From: Stegostoma tigrinum
Lineage: Eukaryota
Reading direction: 5' to 3'
DNA: 64,000 nucleotides
Assembly (NCBI RefSeq): GCF_030684315.1
Contig: NC_081397.1
Location: forward strand, 15,090,421 to 15,154,420
The position numbers were made by a program, and so were the translations under genes. Every line of letters begins with the position of its first letter. Positions within the stretch are counted from its first letter, which is position 1. Positions 39,561-53,792 of the stretch are shown in pieces. The notes under the pieces are model-generated. The model saw nothing but the letters and a program-made list of their open reading frames with translations. It made no database searches and was not told where the DNA came from.

Positions 39561-42500
39561 AGGGAAAGCTAGCTCATTGGATTCAAAATTGGCTTGATGG
39601 TACAAAGCAGAGGGTGACAGTTGAAGATTCTTTCTCGGACTGGAGGCCTGTGACTTGTGGTGTGCCACAGGGATTGGTGCTGGGACCTTTGTTATTTGTT
39701 ATTGACATAAATGATCTGGATGTGAATGTGCAAAGCATGATTAGTAAGTTTACAGATGATGCAATGTTAGGCAGTATCGTTCATAGTGGGGAAGGTTATC
39801 GAAAATTACAGAGGGATCTTAATCAGATGGGGAAGTGGGCTAAGGATGGGAAAATGCAATTCAATGGAGATAAGTGTGAGGTGTTGTACTTTGGAATGTC
39901 AAACTACAGTAAGCCTTTTACAGCAAATGGTAACGTCCTGAGTAGTGATGTGGTACAGAGGGACCAAGGAGTACAGGTACGTAGTATGTTTAAAGCAGTG
40001 TCACAGGTGGATAGGGTGCTGAAGAAGGAATTCAGCTTGCTGGCCTTCATTGATCGAGGCATTTTGAATAGACATGGAGTATTGTGTACAGTTTTGGTCA
40101 CCCTGTTGTAAAAAAGACCGAGTTCAACTAGAAAGCGTTCAAAGAAAATTTATGCAGGACTAGTGGTCCTGGGTTATGGTGAGATGTTGGCCAGGGTAGG
40201 ACTTTATTTCTTGGACCGTAGGAGAATGAAGTGTGACCTTATTCAGATGTATAAAATCATGAGCACCATAGGTCGGATAAATGCATATCGTGTTTGTTTT
40301 TTTTCCCCCACAGATGAGGAATTGAAAACTAGAGGGCACAGGTTTCAGGTGAGAGGGGGCAAGAATTTAAGAAGGACCTGAGGGGTGCCAACTTCACAGA
40401 GAGAGTGGAGCACATGTGGAATCAGCTGCCAGAGAAAGTTGTTGAGGCAGGCACAATATCAACACTTTAAAAAAAAATGAACATGTACATGGATGGGAAG
40501 GATGTAGAGGGATATAATGTGGGCAGTTGGATCCAGCTGAGTGTGCACCACAGTCATCATGAACCAGTTTGGGTGGAAGGGCCTGTGTCCGTACTGTATT
40601 ACTATATGACCATAAGACATAGGAGCAGAAATCAGGCTATTTGGGACATGAAGTCTGCTCCGCCATTCAATCATGACTGAGACGTTCCTTTAGCCAATTC
40701 TCCTGCCTTCTTCCCATAACCTTGATCCCCTTGATAATCAAAAACCTATCTATCTCACCCTTAAATGTACACAATAACCCGGCCTCCACAGCCTTCTGTG
40801 GCAGTGAATTCCATTGATTCAGCACTCTCTGGCTGAAGAAGTTTCTCCTTATCTCTGTTCTAAAATGTCTTCCGTTTACTTGAAGGCTGTGCCCTTGGGT
40901 CCTAGTCTCTCCTACCAATGGAAGGATCTTCCCAACATCCACTCTGTCCAGGAATTCAGTAGTCTAAGTTTTGATTATCATCCTTCTAAACTCCAAAGAG
41001 TACAGTCCCAGAATCCTCAACATTGCTCATATGTTCAGCTTTTCATTCCTGGGACCATTCCCGTGAACCTCCTCTGAACCTGCTCCAGGGGCAGTACATC
41101 CTTCCTGAGATATGGGGCCCAAAACTGCACATGCTACTTCAAATGTGGCCTGACTCGAGTCTTCCAAAGCCTCATAAGCACATCCTTTTTTTTTAAACAT
41201 CTTCAAGACCATAAGTCATAGGAGTGGAAGTAAGGCCATTCGGCCCATCAAGCCCATTCCACCATTTAAATCAAGGCTGGGCATTTCAACTCCACTTCCC
41301 TGCACTCTCCCTGTAGCCCTTGATTCCTTGTGAGATCAAGAATTTGTCAATCTCTGCCTTGAAGTCCTGGCAAAATAAATGCCAGTATTGCAGTTGCCTT
41401 CCTGACTACTGACTCAAACTGTGAGTTTACCGTGAGAGATTCCTGGAGTTGAACTCCCAAGTCTCTTTGTACGCAAGACTTCTGAATTTTCTGCCCATTT
41501 AGAAAAGAGTCTATGCTTTTATTCTGGAGGGAGGATGGTAACTTCTTCAGGTCAGGCATCCCTGGAAGACGCTTTGCAGTGAAGTTAAAATTGTATCAGA
41601 GATAATGGTGACTGCAGATGCTGGAGAATCTGGACAAACCTCAGGGGATCTCTACACCACTGCAACTCTAGATTCCCCTCCACCTACCTCCTCCTCTATC
41701 CATCTTTGATCCACCTCCCAGTCTGTCCCTATTTATTTCAGAGCCCTCTTCCCCCTCCCACATTTCTGATCAAGGGTCTCGGCCCGAAACGTCAGCTTTT
41801 GTGCTCCTGAGATGCTGTTTGGCCTGCTGTGTTCATCCAGCTCCACACTTTTTTTTTAATCTCGGATTCTCCAGCATCTGCAGTTATCATTATCTCTCAT
41901 GCTTTTATTCTCCTTACCCAAGTGCATGACCTCACACTTTCCCACATTGTACTCCATCTACCACTTCTTTGCCCACTCACCTAACCTGTCCATTTCATAG
42001 TGCAGCCTCAGCACCTCAATACTACCTGTCACTCTACCTATTGTTGTATCATCTGCAAATGTAGTCAGAATGCAAACAGTTCCTTCATCCAGATCATTAA
42101 TGTATAAAGCATGCCTTTTATCCCCACTCTCTGCTTTCTGCCAGGCAGCCAATCTTCTATCCATGCTCGCACCATGGGCCCTTATGTTACTCAACAGCCT
42201 CCTGTGCGGCAGCTTGCCAAGGGGCTTTTCGAAGCCCAGGTAGATAACATCCATTGGCTCTCCTTGGTCTACCCTGCTTGTTACTTCCTTAAAGGATTTA
42301 AGCAGATTTGCCAGGCATGACTTCCCCTTGATGAAACCGTGCCTGGAGTGTTGGAGGCTGTGTTTATAAAATTTAGTGGTGTGGAAAGGGTGCATAATCA
42401 AGATCTTTTCCCCAGGATAGAAGAATGCAAAATGAGAGGGCATGGGTTTAAGTGACTGGGAAAGTCTTAAAATGAACCAAAGGTGTGCAATATTTGCACA

Positions 42501-42705
42501 CAGAGTGGTGTGTGAATGGGTTGAATGCCAAAAGAAGTGCTGGAGGCTCTTACAACTACAACGTTTTAAAGGCATGTGGATGAGTATATGAATAGGAAGT
42601 GTTTCGTGGGATATGGACCAAATGCTAGTAAATGGAACGAGATTAATCTCGGATATGTGCTCTCCATGGACGAGGTGGACCCTGTACATCTCTCGGACTG
42701 TATGA
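39560..42705. mobile_element. Cluster of CR1 LINE fragments in both orientations with a nested Penelope terminal repeat (~41600-41897)
   Basis: 39560-40610(+), 40610-41550(-), 41900-42345(-), 42345-42705(+); RT motifs GVPQG, KFTDD, HGFIKGKSCL. Confidence 0.85.
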
Positions 42706-43111
42706 CGGGGACTGATTTATGAGAGAATAATCATCATTCATACTGCCTAAACAGACAGGGACAGATCGAGAACTGCACTCCCATTCTCATAATGCAGAGA
42801 CTGACAGATATTCAGCAAAGTGTCCCTCAATAAACCCGCATGTCTGAACAATACAATCCTGCCCACAGCCTAATAAGGAAATCTCAGCTAGTGATGAAAC
42901 AAGGTAACATTTCACTCACAAAAGATTACTATGAGCAGAATAAAACACCCTGTCACAATTAAAATCTCGGAGGTAGTGTTCAAAATGTTAGTGGATGACA
43001 GGAACAAGTTCAACTGCAAGGAGCTAGGAATTTGGTCCGTGTACAAAATTTCGGTTTGTGTTTCACATTTCGTTGCAGATCCGAACAGATCCACTTTGTG
43101 TTTCACACTAA

Positions 43112-43224
43112 CCAATCACAGAAAGGCTAATCGCATGGTCTGACATTCTTGTAAACTACCCAATCAGGAACAAGACTTTTCCCCCATCCCTCATGAGCAT
43201 TGCTGACGCCAGCAGCGTATAAAA
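43112..43224 (+). promoter_or_regulatory. H2B promoter: two CCAAT boxes, degenerate octamer, TATA
   Basis: CCAAT 43112 and 43160; CTCATGAGCAT 43190-43200; TATAAAA 43218-43224. Confidence 0.75.
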
Positions 43225-43275
43225 AGCGAGCTCCGAGCCTGCTTCCGTTTATTGTATCTGAAAGCGACCGACACG

Positions 43276-43656
43276 ATGCCGGATGAGAAGAAAGCGCAGG
43301 CAACTTCCAAGAAGGGCGCCAAAAAAATCATCAAGAAGGCGCCGGGGAAAGGCGGCAAGACAAAGAAACGATCCAGGAAAGAAAGTTACGCCGTCTACAT
43401 CTATAAAGTGATGAAGCAGGTTCACCCCGACACCGGCATCTCCTCCAAGGCGATGAGCATCATGAACTCGTTCGTCAAGGATATTTTCGAGCGTATCGCG
43501 GGGGAGGCTTCCCGCCTGGCCCATTACAACAAGCGCAGGACCATCAGCTCCCGGGAGATCCAGACCGCGGTGCGGCTGCTGCTGCCTGGGGAGCTGGCCA
43601 AGCACGCCGTGTCGGAGGGTACAAAGGCGGTGACCAAGTACACCAGCTCCAAGTGA
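43276..43656 (+). CDS. H2B: Histone H2B, 126 aa
   Basis: [43 protein letters not shown]; ATG at 43276. Confidence 0.97.
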   Translation: MPDEKKAQATSKKGAKKIIKKAPGKGGKTKKRSRKESYAVYIYKVMKQVHPDTGISSKAMSIMNSFVKDIFERIAGEASRLAHYNKRRTISSREIQTAVRLLLPGELAKHAVSEGTKAVTKYTSSK

Positions 43657-43699
43657 GACCCCACATTGTGCTGAGAAAAACACACATCCAAAACCCAAC

Positions 43700-43715
43700 G
43701 GCTCTTTTCAGAGCC
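43700..43715 (+). terminator. Histone stem-loop (H2B)
   Basis: GGCTCTTTTCAGAGCC-ACCCA. Confidence 0.93.
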
Positions 43716-45505
43716 ACCCACAATTTCAATGAAGCAGTTGAACCATTTTACGTTTGTAAATGATTCTCGGTGTCTATGGTTAATGTCCCTAATCTTTATC
43801 TTTGTTTACACAAACGTTCTAAACATTACCGTGCGGTCCCTGTCCCTCTGTCGGTTAGTTTCGGTTGCCTTCCTACCCAGTCTCTCCTCCCTCCCTGTAC
43901 AGAAAGCACATTCATCGTCACTCAGTCATTTTTTTTTCAACAACTCCTTTGTGTTCCAGTTATTATTTACCCCTTGATCAGGAATTTCACCCCCTGGAAA
44001 GAAAACTAACTGCTCGAGTCCCACGAACAGATGTTGGGGGATACTTGTCATTGAGGATATCAGCTGTCGGTGAGAGGCTTTCAAAATGAGCTGAGATAAA
44101 GCCCGAGCCAGGATTGCAGTCGCAAGTGTGAAACTGTGTTCAAGGAGAATATGGGAGGGCAACTTCCAACTATTGTTTCAAGTTTTAACCCGTTCACCCC
44201 GAAAAACTTTGTGTAAGTTTTTATAAATACATCAGCGTGCACTTGTAATGTGAAAGTGAACTAAATTCAAAGAAAAATTAAACTGTTTATTCCCCTTTGT
44301 GAAACTTTTCCCCCTATATCCTACATGTTGGAGGGTTTTTCAAATTTGTCCCAATGGGGGTATGAACGCTGGATTTCACCCGTGGCAATGAAAAATTATG
44401 ATCTCTTATTTGAGTCCCATTAAGAGAAATGCCGCGCGATTCCTTTTTCAATTTCCAAATTGTCAGGGAATTTTTCCGATTTTTTTTTTCAGTTTGCAGT
44501 GTGTGGGGCTTTTTGCTGTCGGTGAGAGGCTTTCAAAATGAACCGAGACCGTCCGGAAAGACTGATCCAGCACAATAAGTGAGGGCTATTTTACAATGTT
44601 TTCGGAAAACGGTGTTGCTTAGGGAGTGACAGAGAGAGATTATGTGAAGTGGATATTTTTAACTGAAAGGAAATTAAATCGTAAGCATTAACGCAAAAAT
44701 ACTTGTAAAAACTCTTCCTCGTATTGCCCATATTGGCGGGCTTTTCAAATCGGACAGAAAACGGTTGATGATTTGGCGCCGGTATTTTCCTACGGTTTCC
44801 ACGCAGAGGAATTTTGTTTTATTTTCAAATCTCCCCGCGGGTTCTATCCGGTTTTTCAGAAAGCTGGAAATGAGGCTTTCTGCAGTCGGCGGGAAAATTT
44901 CCAAGTGAACCGAGATAAAAGCAGAACAGCTGCCGGACTGGCATCGCAAAAGTAGAAATATTGTTGATCTTGTGCAATAGGGAGCGAGATTGTAAAATAT
45001 TGTTTAAAGCAGTATTGAATTCAACGAGAAAGAAACAGTTGTGTGATACTTTGATTATTATATCCGGGTGTAGATGTGAATTAAATTCAATCTGTGCAGA
45101 GAATAACTTTCGGCGGGCTTTTCTTTCCCCCTTCCGCTTAATGTTAAGTTTTTTCGCGGGGTGGAGGGAATTCAAGATCAAAAATAGTTGGTTTCAACTA
45201 GGCCGGGAAATCAGAGAGAGATGGTGTGACGTATATAGGTGTATTCTAAAAGTAAATTATCCGAAGTAAGAACGCATTCTTCTTTGTAAAACTTCTACCC
45301 ATTTCGAAATTATTGGCGGGCTTCTCCAGTTTGAAAGAAAGCGGTTGATGAGTTGGCGCCGGGATTTTCCGGCCTCCTCCCCGGGCCCTCTCCGGATTGG
45401 TGAGGGAAGCAGATATCTGATTGGGCATTGAAACGACATTAGGAATTACTGAACAATGTGACCAATCAGCAATGGCCGCACCCCCATTCCTCCCGAAGGT
45501 ATTAG

Positions 45506-45955
<450 letters not shown>

Positions 45956-45983
45956 AGACACTTCTTGAATCTGACAACCCAAA

Positions 45984-45999
45984 GGCTCTTTTAAGAGCC
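45984..45999 (+). terminator. Histone stem-loop (H2A)
   Basis: GGCTCT TTTA AGAGCC-ACCCA. Confidence 0.93.
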
Positions 46000-46700
46000 A
46001 CCCACAACATCAGTGAAAAGCAGCTAGACTTTCACTGCTGGCTAACTAATTTTCATTTTATGTGCAAACACGGTCCTCTAAACGCGCAAAAATCATCCCT
46101 TTTGTTTTCGCTTTAACAGTGATAAAACTAGAACGGGACGAACAAAGTTGGAGGGTTTGCTGCAGGGACAGCGACTGCGACTTTAAATAGTGACTCAAAG
46201 CGGTATCCCCATCCAGGGAACATGAGACATGGAATAGCTCGGCCCCAGAAAGATGCCATGCGAGACAGAACCGACCATCCTCAGAGGATCGAATACACTT
46301 GTGGGAGATTGGGCAAAATTTCGATTGCATGGCCAAAACTACAAAAATCATTTGTATAATGTGGCGGGTTTTGAAATTGGCGATTGTTTCCCACCCTCCT
46401 TCTCCGGCAAGTTCAGTTACAGCTGGGGAAACGCCACGGGAAGCGATTCCCACACAGGCGGTTCAATTGGAAATGTATCAATTATAAAGGGTGGAATGCA
46501 GTACTTGAATTTGTTGTGATTACTGAAAATTTATAAACCTGATTGTCCCGAGTTGCCTCGTCTTCAATATCAATTCGTGCATCCCAGACCCATTCATTTT
46601 CTGTAAGTCCTGTTGCATTGAGACATCAATAGCATGCTGTGCGATGACATTAACTAAAGTCCAGTGCCTGACGATTGCTGCTCTCTCGGGACAGTTTAGT

Positions 46701-46716
46701 GGCTCTGAAAAGAGCC
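46701..46716 (-). terminator. Histone stem-loop (H3)
   Basis: Reverse complement GGCTCTTTTCAGAGCC; GAGAGAGC downstream. Confidence 0.93.
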
Positions 46717-46760
46717 GTTGTGTTTCTCGGGGTGAATGTACAGGGCCGGGCACGCTCCGT

Positions 46761-47345
<585 letters not shown>

Positions 47346-47738
47346 TTATTGGAGACTGATTGGTTAACTTGAAATGACAGTTGGTCAATTTCAAATCGCC
47401 CGCCGATTTCAGCCTGAGCTTACATAATATTAAAAAGCAAAGTCCCATGCGCCTGCGCCTAAGATGATATCTTATGCTTTACAAAATTTTCTTGTGAACC
47501 TAACTTGCAGTCAGCGCGGAGTGGGCTCTGAATCATTTCCTGACCATCTCTAACAGGCAGGTGGAATGAACACGCCACTAAAACCTCGGCACGGCTACCA
47601 GAATCAAAACTGAACAAATTATCATTCCTGGGAGCGTCAATGAAGTACAAACACTGTAATATACATCATTAGCGCCTGGGCCCAAAGTTACGGACAGAGC
47701 AAATTATTATTCATGGTATGGACAGCTGGTGTTGTTAT

Positions 47739-47856
47739 TCTGATGAAGGGTCTAGGCCCGAAACGTCAGCTTTTGTGCTCCTGAGATGCTGCTGTGTTCA
47801 TCCATCCTCACATTTTATTATCTTGGATTCTCCAGCATCTGCAGTTCCCATTATCA
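47739..47856 (+). mobile_element. Hammerhead-initiated mini-element from the Penelope terminal repeat
   Basis: Starts at TCTGATGAAGGG, ends CCCATTATC; flanked by similar CTGGTGTT(GTT)ATT repeats. Confidence 0.8.
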
Positions 47857-48220
47857 CTGGTGTTATTACTGATAGACTGGTATTCACATGGAAGAGAATC
47901 AAAGATTTAGGGTTGAGAAACAGATCAGCCATGGTCGCATGACGGAGCCGGCCGCTCCTTCTGTATCTGACATAACCAGCTGCAGAACCGTATCGTATCG
48001 ACTGGCCGTGAAACCTCTATCTGTAGTGCAGGGATATCTTGATTATAAAACACGTTACTGCAGACAGTATAATTTAACAATCTTGCTCTCTCTCTTGCAA
48101 CGCGGGACACGAAGTTAATATATTTCCTAAAGGCTTGGTGCAAAATTAAAAGTCGCTGCACCAGCCCAATGTGCTGGTTCCCCATCCTCAGGTCTCCGCT
48201 CTCAGGCGGAGGGTTTGGGT

Positions 48221-48236
48221 GGCTCTGAAAAGAGCC
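48221..48236 (-). terminator. Histone stem-loop (H4)
   Basis: Reverse complement CCCAAA-GGCTCTTTTCAGAGCC-ACCCA. Confidence 0.93.
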
Positions 48237-48266
48237 TTTGGGTTCGCTGGAAAAGGGTTGATTTGC

Positions 48267-48587
<321 letters not shown>

Positions 48588-48967
48588 TCACTCCAATCGC
48601 TGCCGAGTGAGAGCCGAGCTGCCTCGCCTTCCATTTTTATACAGCCCGCCCCGACCTGACTGAGAAACAGCTGACAGGGAGTGAGAGGATACACGGGCAG
48701 AAAACTGAGTGACACACAGAGAAATGTCCAGCTCCGCCTACAGCTGACTGCCGCCCCCAACTGGATCTGGAACGAAACCTTTTCTCCACAAGCGCAGTGA
48801 ACACAAGGCCCGGCAGAAAACCTGCAGACTCAAACTTCTATTCAAAGATAATAAAACCTGGATATTTTAAAAGCAAGATGACAAAGTATGAAGCTGGATG
48901 AACACAGCAGGCCAAGCAGCATCTCAGGAGCACAAAAGCTGATATCACTGATACAATTTTAAAAGCA

Positions 48968-50499
48968 GAGATAATGGGAACTGCAGATGCTGGAGAATTC
49001 CAAGATAGTAAAATGTGAGGCTGGATGAACACAGCAGGCCAAGCAGCATCTCAGGAGCACAAAAGCTGACGTTTCGGGCCTGGACCCTTCATCAGAGAGG
49101 GGGATGGGGAGAGGGAACTGGAATAAATAGGGAGAGAGGGGGAGGTGGGCCGAAGATGGAGAGTAAAGAAGATAGGTGGAGAGAGTATAGGTGGGGAGGT
49201 AGGAAGGGGATAGGTCAGTCCAGGGAAGACGGACAGGTCAAGGAGGTGGGATGAGGTTAGTAGGTAGATGGGGGTGCGGATTGGGGTGGGAGGAAGGGAT
49301 GGGTGAGAGGGAGAACCGGTTAGGGAGGCAGAGACAGGTTGGACTGGTTTTGGGATGCAGTGGGTGGGGGGGAAGAGATGGGCTGGTTGTGTGGTGCAGT
49401 GGGGGGAGGGGACGAACTGGGCTGGTTTAGGGATGCAGTAGGGGAAGGGGAGATTTTGAAACTGGTGAAGTTCTCATTGATACCATATGGCTGCAGGGTT
49501 CCCAGGCGGAATATGAGTTGCTGTTCCTGCAACCTTCGGGTGGCATCATTGTGGCAGTGCAGGAGGCCCATGATGGACATGTCATCTAAAGAATGGGAGG
49601 GGGAGTGGAAATGGTTTGCGACTGGGAGGTGCAGTTGTTTGTTGCAAACTGAGCGGAGGTGTTCTGCAAGGCGGTCTCCAAGCCTCCGCTTGGTTTCCCC
49701 AATGTAGAGGAAGCCGCACCGGGTACAGTGGATGCAATATACCACATTGGCAGATGTGCAGGTGAACCTCTGCTTAATGTGAAATGTCATCTTGGGGCCT
49801 GGGATAGGGGTGAGGGAGGAGGTGTGGGCTACACTTGCGTCCCAGTCACAAACCATTTCCACTCCCCCTCCCATTCTTTAGATGACATGTCCATCATGGG
49901 CCTCCTGCAGTGCCACAATGATGCCACCCGAAGGTTGCAGGAACAGCAACTCATATTCCACCTGGGAACCCTGCAGCCTAATGGGATCAATGTGGACTTC
50001 ACCAGTTTCAAAATCTCCCCTTCCCCAACTACATCCCTAAACCAGCCCAGTTCGTCCCCTCCCCCCACTGCACCACACAACCAGCCCAGCTCTTCCCCCC
50101 CACCCACTGCATCCCAAAACCAGTCCAACCTGTCTCTGCCTCCCTAACCGGTTCTTCCTCTCACCCATCCCTTCCTCCCACCCCAAGCCGCACCCCCATC
50201 TACCTACTAACCTCATCCCACCTCCTTGACCTGTCCGTCTTCCCTGGACTGACCTATCCCCTCCGTACTTCCCCACCTATACTCTCTCCACCTATCTTCT
50301 TTACTCTCCATCTTCAGCCCGCCTCCCCCTCTCTCCCTATTCATTCCAGAACCCTCTCCCCATCCCCCTCTCTGATGAAGGGTCTAGGCCCGAAACGTCA
50401 GCTTTTGTGCTCCTGAGATGCTGCTTGGCCTGCTGTGTTCATCCAGCCTCACATTTTATTATCTTGGAATTCTCCAGCATCTGCAGTTCCCATTATCTC
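48968..50499. mobile_element. Back-to-back Penelope-like 3' fragments forming a long inverted repeat
   Basis: Left arm (-) 48968-49828 with GIY-YIG; right arm (+) 49840-50499; both end in ..CCCATTATCTC and carry intact hammerheads. Confidence 0.92.
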
Positions 50500-51339
50500 C
50501 AATACCAGAGAGATTCGGGATTGTAGTGGGGGTTGTAGTGATAGACCTTGCTGTTAGGGTGGATGGAGGCTATATCAAGTCTGATCAGTGTGTGTGAGGG
50601 TAAAACTGTGTCACAGAGTCGTGCAGTAAGGCATCCTTTGGCTTGGGCCTCAGCATCATTGTATCCTCCACTGTCAACATCCTGGGAGCTACTATGAAGG
50701 ACAAATTGAACCGGACTCATCCGATAAATGCAATGGCTACAATAACAGGGCCAAGGCTATGGATACTGCAGCAAGTAACTTCCCTCCTGACTTCTCAAAC
50801 CTGTCCAAAATCTCCAACATTCAAGTCAGGAATGTAAAGGTTTCCCCTCTGTAGCCCCCATTACCTGTATTAGTGCAGCTCCAACTGCACACGGCAAGCA
50901 AGGTACTATCCATGAAAAAGCTGCTCCTGGTTAATTGGCACCACATTCACAAACATCCACTCTCTCAAATATAAAATTAGATAGCACCTACCAAACCCAC
51001 AACTACTTCCATCTTGAAAGACAACAGCAGCAGGTTCATGGGAACTGCACGAACTGCAAGATCTTCTCCAAGACACTCACCATTCTGACTTGGAAGTATA
51101 TTGGCCGTTCAGTCTGTGCCAATCCGTGAAAATCCTGCAATTCCCTTACTAATGGCAATGTGGGCCGACCTGCAGCTCAGAGATTGCAACGGTTCAGGAA
51201 GGCAGTTCACTACCACCTTCTCACGGGCATTTCAGGAGGGTCAATCAACGCTCAGACCAGTCAGTGATGTCCACAGCTGGCATTTTTTTCTTTGAAATGT
51301 CTGCATTATTCTTGCCCAGTAACAAAGACTGTCCAAATT

Positions 51340-51890
51340 CTCTTAAAACACCCAGTTGTGAAACAAAGCATAGACTGGGTAATCATTTTGCACAATATCT
51401 ATGTTCTGCTTGCAAAAAAGACCTTGAACTTCCTGTTGCCTGTCACTTTAATGCACCACCCCGTTTCCAGTCCAACATCTCTGTCTCTGTCTTGCTGTAG
51501 AGTTCCATTGAAGCTCAACACAAGCTAGAAGAACAACATCTCATCTTCCACTTGGGTCCCTGCAGCCCTCCAGACCCAGTATCGAGATCAATATTTTTGG
51601 GCCTAAACTCTACCCCTCACAAGGCCTTGTTACCACATACCCTGCCATTATCCACCACCCACTAAGAGTTCCCATTAATTACTATTCAACATCCCAGCCT
51701 GATCGTTATCGACTCTGTCCAAATGTTCTTCTCTCTGTTAGGCTCTATCCTAACATTTATTCCAAACCCCATCACACTCCCCTTTTATCAGCATATAAAC
51801 TGACGTTTTCCCAGCCACCATCAATTCTGCAGAAAGGTCACTGGACGCAGAATGTTAATTTTGTTTCTTTTTCCTTCTTAGATGCTGCCA
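51340..51890 (+). mobile_element. Old Penelope-like 3' fragment
   Basis: ETKHRLGNHFAQYL..LPVACHFN; terminal-repeat remnant ~51820-51890. Confidence 0.7.
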
Positions 51891-52340
51891 TACATAGAAC
51901 CGCTCCAGGCCATTTGGCCCAACAAATCCTCAGCGCCCCTCTGAAGAGCACCCTACCCAGACCTATTCCCCTACCCTTTACTTCTCATGTCTGACCCACA
52001 GAACCCAAACATCTCTGGGCACCACGGGCAATTTAGCATAACCAATAGCATAGCTTTCACACCTTTGGACTGCGGGAGGAAGCATTCAAAATGATGCTCT
52101 AACTTTTTTTCTATATGAAAACAGTAAGGGAGGTGACATGAGCAGAACAAAACATTGGCATATAGTTCGTAATTATGCGCCTAATCTACAGCACGCTTCA
52201 TAGAATCATCATAGAATCCCTACAGTGTGGAAACAGACACTTCAGCCCAACTAAAATTCCACACCGACCCACTGAACAGCATCCCCTCCCAGACCCATCG
52301 CACCGCCATTTCCCCGCAACCCTGCATTTCCCTTTGTCAC
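51890..52340 (-). mobile_element. Two HE1-like SINE / CR1-tail fragments
   Basis: CTTTGGACTGCGGGAGGAA (reverse of V core) and ATAGAATCCCTACAGTGTGGAAACAG tail. Confidence 0.65.
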
Positions 52341-52349
52341 ACACAACCC

Positions 52350-52890
52350 AGAGGAGCGCATGCGTGAGGCCCTCTCCCAGCGCTGCCATTGTGGGGCATT
52401 GATTCAGTGAGTGGAAGAGGTTTGTTTGAAACAGGCCGCAATGGAGAGACCAGCGCCCAGGGAAGCGAGGGAACAGCAGGCTCCTTCCAGCAGCGCATCG
52501 AGATGTGAGTCTGGGACACAGAGGGGGCTCCGAGACCGGCATTGATTCGGGTTCAGTTCAGGGAGAACCGTGGGCTGTTGGTAAGAGGCGGAGCGGAGCA
52601 GGAACTGGTCCCGGAACTTGGAGTGAGCGGCCTGTGGGCGGGGAGAGAGAGGCTTTTCTCGGGCTGTGTGTGGGCCTGCTGAGGGAGACACAGCGGCAAG
52701 AAGCTGCTGCTGGGGGTCAGGCTTGTAGCTTTTAGTCTTCTAAACACTGATGGAAAGCTTTTGTGCTCCTGAGATGCTGCTTGGCCTGCTGTGTTCATCC
52801 AGCCTCACATTTTATTATCTTGGAATCTCCAGCATCTGCAGTTCCCATTATCTCTGGAAATTCATTGTTCGGCTTCAATTTCGCGCTGTT
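52350..52890 (+). other. Promoter plus first-exon cassette (copy E; coding 52441-52504)
   Basis: GCGCATGCGT 52356-52365; GCCGCA-ATGG at 52441; donor GTGAGT 52505. Confidence 0.65.
52757..52854 (+). mobile_element. 98-bp insertion of the sequence 3' of the hammerhead cleavage site, 6-bp TSD
   Basis: TGGAAA at 52751-52756 and 52855-52860; empty site at 26331-26360. Confidence 0.88.
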
Positions 52891-53348
52891 TTTGGACATA
52901 GTGCCGTGAACAGTGGAAACACAGACTAGAGGCATGTTATAACCCTGAAAAGGACAGTTAATTGAGTCCCTAGGTTAAATTTCTCACCTGAAATATTTAA
53001 AATAGCGCCCTTTGTTCTTCCTTTTCACAGATAGTGTGTTGGGAGCCGGATATTGAACTGTGTATGTATGCATGCCTGCTCCTTCGGATAGCCCCATTTA
53101 TGAAAGTACAGTTGTTGCTCAGTTTCTGGACCTCACTCATGTGATTTCGAATTATTTCAGGAAAAAAAGTACAATGAGAATCCCCAGAAAAGGAGCAGAT
53201 CTGGAGAACAGAGAACAAAGCCTCTGGTTCTGTTCAATTTGCTAGTTTTCTTCTTTTAAAAACAAACACACGTCCCAATGATTATGAACTTAATGTTATG
53301 TTGATTACTTCAATACGGTCAGACTTTATGTATGTTGACTTCCTCCAG

Positions 53349-53430
53349 GCAAATACTTGAAGGACCAGGATGATGTTCTATTTCCTCGGTGCAAAGCCAA
53401 GTCTGACCAGTTACTGCTAACAATCAGCAG
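53349..53430 (+). CDS. Putative coding exon 2 (82 nt), in frame with exon 1 at 52441-52504
   Basis: CTTCCTCCAG|GC..AGCAG|GTATGT; splicing gives MERPAPREAREQQAPSSSASRCKYLKDQDDVLFPRCKAKSDQLLLTIS. Confidence 0.55.
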
Positions 53431-53741
53431 GTATGTAGCCCATTGACGTTGACACAAGTTTTGAAGATGGATAGACTGATTGGTCATCCGAAATAGACAC
53501 TCAGGAACAGCATTAAATCTGCATTGAATAAGGGCATTTTCAAAGTTACAATCAAGACAAACAATAGATCATGCTGTAACATAGTTTCAAAGTCATACCT
53601 CAGTGAGATGTTAAGTACAGAAATGGGAAGAACCTGTGCACCAAGAGTTACTAAAGTGGATGAAACATGTTTATATGAAGTTTATCAGTGACTGAGAAGG
53701 ACAGAATTAATCCTTTGATGAATAATTCTCTCCTCCTCTCA

Positions 53742-53792
<51 letters not shown>

